Shown: positions 18,373 to 26,730 of the stretch, in pieces
Layout: each line of letters starts with the position of its first letter
Position numbering within the stretch: the stretch's first letter is position 1
Assembly: GCF_004296535.1 (NCBI RefSeq)
Contig: NZ_AP018159.1
Span: 90,001-122,000, forward strand
DNA length: 32,000 nt
Direction: 5' to 3'
DNA from: Candidatus Saccharimonadota bacterium
Lineage (GTDB): Bacteria; Pseudomonadota; Gammaproteobacteria; Enterobacterales; Enterobacteriaceae
The notes under the pieces: model-generated
What the model saw: only the letters and a program-made list of their open reading frames with translations
What the model was told of the DNA's origin: nothing
Database searches by the model: none
Program-made: the position numbers and the translations under genes

Positions 18373-18723
18373 ATTATTATAATTTATTAAATTTTAAAAA
18401 AATATTTTTTAAAAACTGAAATATAAAAAATATTAAATTTTTTTTTTACGATATAAAATAAAAATAAAAAATATTTAATTTTTTTTAAATATATTTATCT
18501 TAATAATATATTATTATTTATATATATATATTTAAATAAATATTTATTTTTTTTTTTTAAAATAAAATATTATTTATTTTATAAATTTATTATAAAATAA
18601 TTTTTTAATATATGATTAAAAAATATTTATTTTATATAATTATATTATATCTTAAAAAAATATTTTTATTTAAATTATATCAAATAATAAAGTCTATTAT
18701 AACTTATAATTATTAAAATTAAT

Positions 18724-19794
18724 ATGTGTAAAAAAGTTTTAATAGCAATGTCTGGAGGAGTTGATTCATCAGTTTCAGCATATTTGCTAAAGCAAAAATA
18801 TATAGTAGAAGCTATTTTTATAAATAATTGGAATTTTAACATATGTAATAATTCAAAAGATTTATTAGATGTTATAAATATAACAAATAATATATTGAAA
18901 ATAAAATTACATATATTAGATTTTTCTAAAGAATTTTGGGAAAAGGTATTTATAAAAACTATAAAAGAATATAAAAAAGGCAAAACTCCTAATCCAGATA
19001 TTTTATGTAATAAATATGTTAAATTTAATAAATTAATAAAATTTATGAAAAGTATAAAATTTGACTATATATCTACTGGTCATTATGTTAAATTAAAATT
19101 TATTAATAATAAATATTTTTTAAAAAAATCAAAAGATTTATATCAAGATCAGAGTTATTTTTTATATTCATTAAATCAAAAAATATTAAAATATTGTATA
19201 TTTCCTTTAGGAGATATGACAAAATATAATGTAAGAAAATTAGCTAAAAAAAATAAATTATTTAATTATAATAAACCAAGTTCTACTGGAATATGTTTTA
19301 TAAATAATAAAAATTTTAAAAAATTTATATCAAAATACATAGAAAAAAAATATGGAAAAATATTAACATTAGATAATAAATATATTGGAAACCATGATGG
19401 ACATTATTATTATACTATAGGACAAAGAAAAGGATTAAACTTAGGTGGTATAAAAAATTATAATTCAAAACCTTGGTATATAATAAAAAAAGATTGTAAA
19501 AAAAATATTTTATATGTATCACAAAATAAAAATTTAAACTTTTTATATAAAGGATTAATTGTAAAAAATATAGATTGGATATTTTTTAAATCAAATTTTT
19601 TAAGTATTAAAATTACCGCTAAAATAAGATATAGTATAAATTGTATAAGTTGTAAATTATATATTATAAATAAAAATTATTTAATTATAATTTTTGATAA
19701 TTTAAATGGAATAGTTGTTCCAGGACAATCTGTTGTTTTTTATATTAATAATTACTGTATAGGAGGTGGAATAATACATAAAGAAATTTTATAA
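18724..19794 (+). CDS. mnmA: tRNA-specific 2-thiouridylase
   Basis: It has a PP-loop VLIAMSGGVDSSVSAYLL, plus TPNPDILCN, ISTGHY and DQSYFL, which are characteristic of MnmA/TrmU. Confidence 0.93.
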   Translation: MCKKVLIAMSGGVDSSVSAYLLKQKYIVEAIFINNWNFNICNNSKDLLDVINITNNILKIKLHILDFSKEFWEKVFIKTIKEYKKGKTPNPDILCNKYVKFNKLIKFMKSIKFDYISTGHYVKLKFINNKYFLKKSKDLYQDQSYFLYSLNQKILKYCIFPLGDMTKYNVRKLAKKNKLFNYNKPSSTGICFINNKNFKKFISKYIEKKYGKILTLDNKYIGNHDGHYYYTIGQRKGLNLGGIKNYNSKPWYIIKKDCKKNILYVSQNKNLNFLYKGLIVKNIDWIFFKSNFLSIKITAKIRYSINCISCKLYIINKNYLIIIFDNLNGIVVPGQSVVFYINNYCIGGGIIHKEIL

Positions 19795-20142
19795 AATATC
19801 TCCTAAGTATTTTCCACCTAATAAATGTATATGAAAATGAAAAATTTTTTGACAAGCATCTTTATTACAATTTGATATTAATCTATAACCAGTTTCTGAT
19901 ATTTTATATAATTTAGAAATTCTAGAAGCAATATAAAAACAATGGCCTATTATAATTCTATCTTTATAATTAATATCATTTATAGTTTTTATTTTTTTAT
20001 TAGTAACTATCAGTAAATGTATAGGAGCTAATGGATATTTATCTTTAAAAATTGTTATTAATTTATCTTGAAATACTATTTCTGAATATATTAATCTATT
20101 AATTATTTTATAAAAAATATCATTATTATTATTTTTAATCAT
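19789..20142 (-). CDS. hinT: HIT-family purine nucleoside phosphoramidase
   Basis: 117 aa. It has the histidine triad HFHIHLLGG, plus IFYKIINR and GYRLISN. It is collinear with E. coli HinT. Confidence 0.88.
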   Translation of the reverse strand: MIKNNNNDIFYKIINRLIYSEIVFQDKLITIFKDKYPLAPIHLLIVTNKKIKTINDINYKDRIIIGHCFYIASRISKLYKISETGYRLISNCNKDACQKIFHFHIHLLGGKYLGDIL

Positions 20143-21091
20143 TTTTAGTTTTAAATATATATTTATCTAATAATAAAATATTATATAATAAAATATTATT
20201 TTTTATATAAGAATTAATATCTAAATAATATTTATCATAAATAATAAAATTATTTAATATTATAAATAAAGAATCAATATTCATCTTTTTTGATAATTTA
20301 TATATTAACCTAAATTTATCTTTATTAAATTTTAATTTAATATTTAATTTAAAATAGATTACATCTATAATTATAAGAATAAATAATTTTAATATAAAAT
20401 CCTCTTTATTTTGTAAAAAAAAATTAAATAAATTATCAATTTTCTTTTCTTTTAAAAAAAAATTGATATTATAAAATAATTCATTTCTTTTATTTTTAAA
20501 TTTTTTTATTATATTAAATATATTAAAAATAGATTTTTTTTCTAAATTATTTATTATTTTCATTTCTATTTTATTTATAAAAAATTTTTTTTTTAAAAAA
20601 TTAAATATTTTTTTTTTATCTAAATTACTAATATAGATTTTATATGATTTATTTAAAATATATAAATTAAAATTTTCTAATTTTAATATTTTAAATATAA
20701 ATAATATATTTTTTTTATTTAAATATTTAGATATAATAATTAAATATTTAAAATTTATATTTGAAGTATTTATATAAATTAATATTTTTTTATATTGATA
20801 AATATATTTATATAAATTATAAATTTCTGATTCATTTTTGTAATCTAAATTTAATATAATATAATTATTATTAACATTATCTGTATTTTTTTTTAAACAA
20901 TTATTACATAAATTACAATATGTATTATTATTTTTATTAATACATATGAACCATTTAACTATTTTTTTAAATAAAATTAATCCATCATAATTAGAATTTA
21001 AAACCAATATAATAGAGTTTATATTATATTTTGAAATTACATAGATAATATTATTATATGTATTTTTATAAAAATTAAAATTTATATTCAC
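20135..21091 (-). CDS. holB: DNA polymerase III delta-prime subunit, highly diverged
   Basis: 318 aa with a GTG start. The zinc-module-like CNLCNNCLKKNTDNVNNNYIIL corresponds to E. coli CGHCRGCQLMQAGTHPDYYTL. Its position between acpP and hinT matches the E. coli order acpP..tmk-holB..hinT. Confidence 0.65.
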   Translation of the reverse strand: MNINFNFYKNTYNNIIYVISKYNINSIILVLNSNYDGLILFKKIVKWFICINKNNNTYCNLCNNCLKKNTDNVNNNYIILNLDYKNESEIYNLYKYIYQYKKILIYINTSNINFKYLIIISKYLNKKNILFIFKILKLENFNLYILNKSYKIYISNLDKKKIFNFLKKKFFINKIEMKIINNLEKKSIFNIFNIIKKFKNKRNELFYNINFFLKEKKIDNLFNFFLQNKEDFILKLFILIIIDVIYFKLNIKLKFNKDKFRLIYKLSKKMNIDSLFIILNNFIIYDKYYLDINSYIKNNILLYNILLLDKYIFKTKND

Positions 21092-21110
21092 AAAATATTA
21101 TATATATATT

Positions 21111-21350
21111 TTATTTATTTAAAATTTTATTTAAATAATTTTTAATTTCATAGAAATTATCTAATTTATCTACATATTCATCTGGTATCACTATATTAAA
21201 TTCATCTTCTATATCCATAATTATTTCTATTATATCTAATGAATCTATATTTAATTCTTTTTTAAAAGATTTTATTAAAATTAATTTATCATGAGTTATA
21301 TTAAATTTATTTGATATAATATTTTTTATTTTTTGTTCTATTTTATTCAT
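21111..21350 (-). CDS. acpP: Acyl carrier protein
   Basis: 79 aa. The phosphopantetheine-attachment motif is DSLDIIEIIMDIEDEFNIVIPDE. Confidence 0.93.
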   Translation of the reverse strand: MNKIEQKIKNIISNKFNITHDKLILIKSFKKELNIDSLDIIEIIMDIEDEFNIVIPDEYVDKLDNFYEIKNYLNKILNK

Positions 21351-21375
21351 TAAATTTTTAATATTGATTTGTTTA

Positions 21376-21552
21376 TTATTTTTTTTTTAAATTTAATAAT
21401 TTATTTTTATAAAATCCATTTTTTGTTATTCTATGATATATATGATATTCTCCAGTATATATATTTTTTAATATATTTTTAAAAATATACTTTTTATTAG
21501 ATCTTCTCATACCTATTTTTGATTTTGTTTTTTTTCTTTTTTGAACAGCCAT
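21376..21552 (-). CDS. rpmF: 50S ribosomal protein L32 (absent from the supplied ORF track)
   Basis: Hand translation of the minus strand gives MAVQKRKKTKSKIGMRRSNKKYIFKNILKNIYTGEYHIYHRITKNGFYKNKLLNLKKK (58 aa) with a TAA stop at 21378..21376. It matches the L32 signature MAVQQNK.T.SKRGMRRSH...G...HH....G.YRG. Its position between rluC and acpP fits the E. coli rpmF-plsX-fab-acpP cluster. Confidence 0.88.
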   Translation of the reverse strand: MAVQKRKKTKSKIGMRRSNKKYIFKNILKNIYTGEYHIYHRITKNGFYKNKLLNLKKK

Positions 21553-21554
21553 AA

Positions 21555-22478
21555 TTATAATTGTGATATTTTTTTTATAAAATCAGATAATTTATTATCT
21601 AATGGTGAATTAATTTCTATTACTTTATTATATATTGGATGAATAAATTTTATGTAAGTTGAATGTAAAAACATTCTTTTTAATCCATATTTTAAAACAA
21701 TTTTATTATAATTTTTATTTCCATATATATTATCCATAACTATTGGATTTCCAATAAAACTTGTATGAATTCTTATTTGATGAGTTCTTCCAGTTATAGG
21801 AATTGCTTCTATTAAAGTCATATCTTTAAAATATTTTATTACATTTATTTTAGTTATAGATTTTTTACCTAAATGATTACTTATAATAGATTTTTTTTTT
21901 TTACTTATTTTATCTATAAAAGTATGTATTGGTAATCTAATTATATTATTTTTTATATTCCATGCTCCATATACTAATGCTATATATTTTTTAAATATGG
22001 AATTTTCATTAAATAAAAAATTTATTTTTTTTAAAATAGATAAATTTTTAGATATTATTAATATTCCAGATGAATTTTTATCTAATCTATGAACCAAATT
22101 ATAATTATTATTATATACTGATTTTATATAAGAAATTATATTAAATGTATTACTTAATCCATTATGAACTGATATTCCATGAGGTTTATTTATTATTAAT
22201 AAATATTTATCTTCATAAAGTATTTTATTTTTTATAAATTCTTTATCATTATATTTAATATAAGAATATTTTTTTTTATTAAATAAATTATAAATTATAT
22301 CTAATTTATCATTAATTTGTAATTTATAATCTGGTTTTACAATACTATTATTTATTTTTACATAACCTTTTCTTATAATTTTATATATTAATGATTTAGG
22401 AACATTTTTATAATTTGAAAAAAACCAATTATCTATTCTTCTATTTAAATCTATATATTTAATATTAAAAAATTTCAT
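21555..22478 (-). CDS. rluC: 23S rRNA pseudouridine synthase RluC
   Basis: It has an S4-like N-terminus RIDNWFFSNYKNVPKSLIYKIIRKGYVKINN, the catalytic motif HRLDKNSSGILIISK, and GRTHQIR. It is divergent from rne as in E. coli. Confidence 0.88.
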   Translation of the reverse strand: MKFFNIKYIDLNRRIDNWFFSNYKNVPKSLIYKIIRKGYVKINNSIVKPDYKLQINDKLDIIYNLFNKKKYSYIKYNDKEFIKNKILYEDKYLLIINKPHGISVHNGLSNTFNIISYIKSVYNNNYNLVHRLDKNSSGILIISKNLSILKKINFLFNENSIFKKYIALVYGAWNIKNNIIRLPIHTFIDKISKKKKSIISNHLGKKSITKINVIKYFKDMTLIEAIPITGRTHQIRIHTSFIGNPIVMDNIYGNKNYNKIVLKYGLKRMFLHSTYIKFIHPIYNKVIEINSPLDNKLSDFIKKISQL

Positions 22479-22658
22479 TGTTAATAAATATTAAGAAATA
22501 TTTTTATTGAATTTATAAAAAATCTTATAGATAATATATTCTATATTAATAAATATAACAATATTTTTATACTTACCTTTTAATTTCATAAAATTATTTT
22601 AAAAAATTTTTTATATTAAATTTGCATTATTTTATTTTAATAAAATTTTTTTAAATTT

Positions 22659-24455
22659 ATGAAAAAAATGTTAATTGATACAAGCAATGAAGAAGAAATA
22701 AGAGTAGCTCTTATAAATGATAATTGGTTATATGATTTATATATAGAAAATTATAATAATAAACAAAAAAAAAATAATATATATAAAGGTAAAATAGAAC
22801 ATATAGAAAATAGTTTAGAATCCGTATTTGTTAATTATGGTTATGAAAAACATGGATTTTTATCATTAAAAAATATATCAGACGATTATTTTATAAAAAA
22901 AGATACTAAAACAATAAATAGAAATATAAATAATTTGTATAAAGGTCAGGATTTATTAGTTCAAGTTATAAAAGAAGAAAGATTTAATAAAGGTGCTGTT
23001 TTAACTACTTTTATAAGTTTAGTTGGATCATATATAATTTTATTTCCTAATAATTCTAAATCATTTGGTATATCTAAAAGAATTGATAATAAAAATAAAA
23101 AAATATTAAAAGAAATATTAAGTCAATTAAAATTTCCTAATAATATGGGATTAATAATAAGAACTTCTTGTGTAGGTAAAATTATAGAAGATATACAGTA
23201 TGATTTAAATTTAAAAATAAAAAATTGGGAAAAAATTAAAAACATTTATAATAGTATAGATTCTCCTGCAACAATTTGTGAAGAAAATAATATATTAATT
23301 AAAATATTTAGAGATTATTTAACTCAAGATATATCTGAAATAATAATTGACAATAAAAGTTTTATAAAAAAATCTAAAATATGCTTAAAGGATTTAGGTA
23401 AAAATGATTTTATAAATAAAATAAAATTTTATTTTGGTAATTATAGAATATTTAGTTATCATAATATCGAATCCCAAATAGAAACAGCTTTTAAAAGAAA
23501 TATTAGATTACCATCAGGAGGGGTTATAACTATAGATACTACAGAAGCTTTGACTGCAATAGATATTAATTCTTCTAAATCAACAAAATGTTTAGATATA
23601 GAAGAAACAGCATTTAAAACTAATTTAGAAGCTTCTAATGAAATAGCTAGACAATTAAGATTAAGAGATTTAGGAGGATTAATAATAATTGATTTTATAG
23701 ATATGTTATGTAAAAAAAATTGTTTAGAGATAGAAAATAATTTTAAAAAGTTTACTTATCAGGATAGAGCTAAAATAAAATTTGGTAATATATCTAAGTT
23801 TGGATTATTAGAAATTTCAAGACAAAGATTAACAAATTCTTTAAATGAATCTAATTATTATATTTGTCCTAGATGTAAAGGAAATGGATTTATAAGAAAT
23901 AATAGATCTTTATTATATTTAATCTTAAGATTAATAGAAGAAGAATCATTAAAAGAAAATACTAAAGAAATCCATGTAATAGTTCCTATATTAATTGGGA
24001 CTATTTTATTAAATGAAAAAAGAAAGAATATAAATGAAATAGAAGAAAAAAGATCTAATTTAATTAAAATAATAATAATTCCATATGATAAAATAAAAAC
24101 TCCTAATTATATAATAACAAGAATAAAAAATGGAGAAGAAAAAAATATATTTAGTTATTTAATACCTTATATTTATAAAAAAAATATTAAACATTTTAAA
24201 TATAAAAATACAAATAATTTAATAAATAATAATTTTTTAAATGAAAATATGACTAAAATAAATAATATAAATAAAATAAAAAATATATACTATTTAATAA
24301 AAAATTATATTTTTAATTTTATAAACAAGATTAAAAATATTATATTAAAAAAATTTTTATATAAAAGAAATAATTATATTTATAGAAATAAAAAATCTTT
24401 TAAAAAAAGAAATTTTTATTTTTTTAAAAAAAATAAAAAAATTAATAAAAAATAG
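22659..24455 (+). CDS. rne: Ribonuclease E, catalytic N-terminal half only
   Basis: It has an S1-like start MLIDTSNEEEIRVALI...NIYKGKIEHIENSLESVFVNYG, a DNase-I-like region ITIDTTEALTAIDINS and GGLIIIDFIDM, and a Zn-link CPRCKGNG. It ends at 598 aa with a K/N/Y-rich tail. Confidence 0.93.
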   Translation: MKKMLIDTSNEEEIRVALINDNWLYDLYIENYNNKQKKNNIYKGKIEHIENSLESVFVNYGYEKHGFLSLKNISDDYFIKKDTKTINRNINNLYKGQDLLVQVIKEERFNKGAVLTTFISLVGSYIILFPNNSKSFGISKRIDNKNKKILKEILSQLKFPNNMGLIIRTSCVGKIIEDIQYDLNLKIKNWEKIKNIYNSIDSPATICEENNILIKIFRDYLTQDISEIIIDNKSFIKKSKICLKDLGKNDFINKIKFYFGNYRIFSYHNIESQIETAFKRNIRLPSGGVITIDTTEALTAIDINSSKSTKCLDIEETAFKTNLEASNEIARQLRLRDLGGLIIIDFIDMLCKKNCLEIENNFKKFTYQDRAKIKFGNISKFGLLEISRQRLTNSLNESNYYICPRCKGNGFIRNNRSLLYLILRLIEEESLKENTKEIHVIVPILIGTILLNEKRKNINEIEEKRSNLIKIIIIPYDKIKTPNYIITRIKNGEEKNIFSYLIPYIYKKNIKHFKYKNTNNLINNNFLNENMTKINNINKIKNIYYLIKNYIFNFINKIKNIILKKFLYKRNNYIYRNKKSFKKRNFYFFKKNKKINKK

Positions 24456-24539
24456 AGGAGTAGAGATTCGAACTCTAGAATATCAAAAGATATTTACGGT
24501 TTTCAAGACCGTTGCTTTAAACCACTCAGCCACTCCTCT
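24453..24539 (-). tRNA. tRNA-Ser (anticodon UGA), class II with a long variable arm
   Basis: The reverse complement is AGAGGAGTGGCTGAGTGGTTTAAAGCAACGGTCTTGAAAACCGTAAATATCTTTTGATATTCTAGAGTTCGAATCTCTACTCCTCTA. The acceptor stem AGAGGAG/CTCCTCT is perfect, the variable arm is AATATC-TTTT-GATATT, and the anticodon loop is CTTGAAA. No CCA is encoded. Confidence 0.9.
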
Positions 24540-24623
24540 ATAATTTATAAAAAATATTTAAACATTTAAATATATATTATAATTTGTATATTAACATTTT
24601 TTAAAAAAAAAATAAATAAAAAT

Positions 24624-25952
24624 ATGAAACATATATTATTGATCAAAAATATACTTAATAATTATAATAGATTTTTAGATAAATATATAAATATATACGG
24701 TTGGGTAAAAAACAAAAGAGATTTTAAAAAAAAATCAATTTTTATTGATGTTAATGATGGATCTTCATTAAATTGTATACAAATAATAATAAATAATGAA
24801 CTAATTAAAAAAGAATTATCTATAGGATCTTCTATTAAAATTTTTGGTAAATTAATTAAATCTAAAGGACATAAACAAAAAATCGAACTAATAGCAAAAA
24901 AAATAAATATATTAGGAATAGTATATAATTTAAATAAATATCCATTATCATCAAAAAAACATAGTTTTGAATATTTAAGAGAAATAACTCATTTAAGATC
25001 TAGAACTTATATTTTTAATTCAATTTCTAGAATAAGAAATAATATTTTTTACTATATTCATAAATTTATGAATAAGTATAATTTTTTATGGATTCCAACT
25101 CCAATAATAACTAAATTTGATACAGAAGGTTCTAGTGATATGTTTATTATAGACAGAACTTTAAAAAATAATAAAAATTTTTTTGGAAAAAAAGCTTTTT
25201 TAACAGTATCTGGACAATTAAATCTTGAATCTTATGCTTGTTCAATGTCAAAAGTATATTCATTTGGTCCTGTTTTTAGAGCAGAAAAATCAAATACAAA
25301 AAAACACTTAGCTGAATTTTGGATGTTAGAATTAGAAATATCATTTTTTAATTTATATAAAATAATAAATTTTTCTGAATTTTTTATAAAAAAAATATTT
25401 AAAGAAATTTTAAATAAAAATTATAAAGATATTGAATATATAAATAATAAAATTAATAAAAATTCTATAAAAAAAATAGAACAATATATAAATAATAAAT
25501 TTATAATATTGGAATATTCTAATATTATAAATTTATTAAATAAAAATAAATTTAATATTAAATGGGGAGAAAATATAACTTCTTATCATGAAAAATTTTT
25601 ATTAGAAAAATTTAAATTACCTATTTATTTAATAAAATATCCATATATAATGAAACCATTTTATGTAAAAAGATGTAATAAAAAATTATCATTATCTATG
25701 GATTTAATATTTCCTGAAATAGGAGAAATAATAGGTGGATCAGAGCGTGAAAATAGATTACATATTTTACAAAAATCAATGAAATTAAATAATATTAAAA
25801 ATAAATATTATGAAGATATAAGAAAATATGGTAGCGTTATACATTCAGGTTTTGGAATGGGATTAGAGAGATTGATATTATTAATAACAGGAATTGAAAA
25901 TATAAGAGATGTATCTGCATTTCCAAGATTTCCTGATAATATAAATTTTTAA
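24624..25952 (+). CDS. asnS: Asparagine--tRNA ligase
   Basis: It has class II motif 2 FRAEKSNTKKHLAEFWMLELE and motif 3 GFGMGLERLILLITG, plus an N-terminal OB-fold segment IYGWVKNKRD. Confidence 0.94.
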   Translation: MKHILLIKNILNNYNRFLDKYINIYGWVKNKRDFKKKSIFIDVNDGSSLNCIQIIINNELIKKELSIGSSIKIFGKLIKSKGHKQKIELIAKKINILGIVYNLNKYPLSSKKHSFEYLREITHLRSRTYIFNSISRIRNNIFYYIHKFMNKYNFLWIPTPIITKFDTEGSSDMFIIDRTLKNNKNFFGKKAFLTVSGQLNLESYACSMSKVYSFGPVFRAEKSNTKKHLAEFWMLELEISFFNLYKIINFSEFFIKKIFKEILNKNYKDIEYINNKINKNSIKKIEQYINNKFIILEYSNIINLLNKNKFNIKWGENITSYHEKFLLEKFKLPIYLIKYPYIMKPFYVKRCNKKLSLSMDLIFPEIGEIIGGSERENRLHILQKSMKLNNIKNKYYEDIRKYGSVIHSGFGMGLERLILLITGIENIRDVSAFPRFPDNINF

Positions 25953-25959
25953 AAAAAAA

Positions 25960-26619
25960 TTAAAAAATTTTATTTTCTATACCAAATTCTGATGAGTTTA
26001 TAATTATATCAGGATTTTTATTTGAAAAAATACTATTTTCTATTACTCCTGGTATACTATTTAAATAAATTTCTAAAAATTTTGGATTTTCTATATTTAA
26101 ATTATATATATCTATTATTAAATTTCCATTGTCACTTATAAAATTATTTCTTAATATACATTTACCATTTATATCATTTATTTTTTTATATATAAATTTT
26201 ATAGATGAATTTATAATTTCTATAGAAATAGGAGATTTATATCCTATAAATTGAACTTTTTTAGAATCATCTGTTATACATATAAATTTTTTAGATAAAT
26301 TTAACATTATTTTTTCATTTGTAAATGAACCATTTTTACCATTAAGTATATTCATATTATTATCTATTTCATCTACACTACTTATATATAAATCTATATA
26401 ATCTACATCTTCTAATTTATTAAAATTTATTTTATAATCTTTAAATTTATTAATTATATTTAATGAACTAGATACACAATTTAATTTATTACCAATATTA
26501 TTTTTTTTTTCTATTAATTTAATAAGTTCAATAGTAAAATTATCATAAGCTATTCCCAAAATAATATCAGATTTTATATGTTTTAAAGTTTCTAATAATA
26601 ATTCATTTATATTTAACAT
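25960..26619 (-). CDS. rpiA: Ribose-5-phosphate isomerase A homologue, with eroded catalytic motifs
   Basis: 219 aa, the same length as E. coli RpiA, and collinear with it (KFICITDDSKKV, ISDNGNLIIDIY, IPGVIENSIF). However, GVGTGST is replaced by GIAYDNF, DGADE by SSVDE, and KGGGAALTREK by NGKNGSFTNEK. Confidence 0.75.
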   Translation of the reverse strand: MLNINELLLETLKHIKSDIILGIAYDNFTIELIKLIEKKNNIGNKLNCVSSSLNIINKFKDYKINFNKLEDVDYIDLYISSVDEIDNNMNILNGKNGSFTNEKIMLNLSKKFICITDDSKKVQFIGYKSPISIEIINSSIKFIYKKINDINGKCILRNNFISDNGNLIIDIYNLNIENPKFLEIYLNSIPGVIENSIFSNKNPDIIINSSEFGIENKIF

Positions 26620-26730
26620 TTTTTATAAAATTTAGTTTTTTATATTATCTATTAAAATATTATATCATTAAAATAAAATATTATTTTATATTATAATTTA
26701 AAATAATATATATATTTTATATATAATAAT

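Noticed and set aside
18612-18716. A 34-codon ORF (MIKKYLFYIIILYLKKIFLFKLYQIIKSIITYNY) just upstream of mnmA, inside the 351-bp spacer.
   Set aside because: It has no recognisable family signature and no ribosome-binding or conservation evidence available. A short hydrophobic ORF of this composition is plausible by chance. It is mentioned only as something RNA-seq or Ribo-seq could revisit.
22479-22658. An autoregulatory structured 5' UTR of rne in the 180-bp rluC/rne divergent spacer.
   Set aside because: The E. coli rne leader hairpins are not recognisable. The spacer is nearly pure A/T, and I cannot support a specific stem-loop by eye. It is left unannotated.
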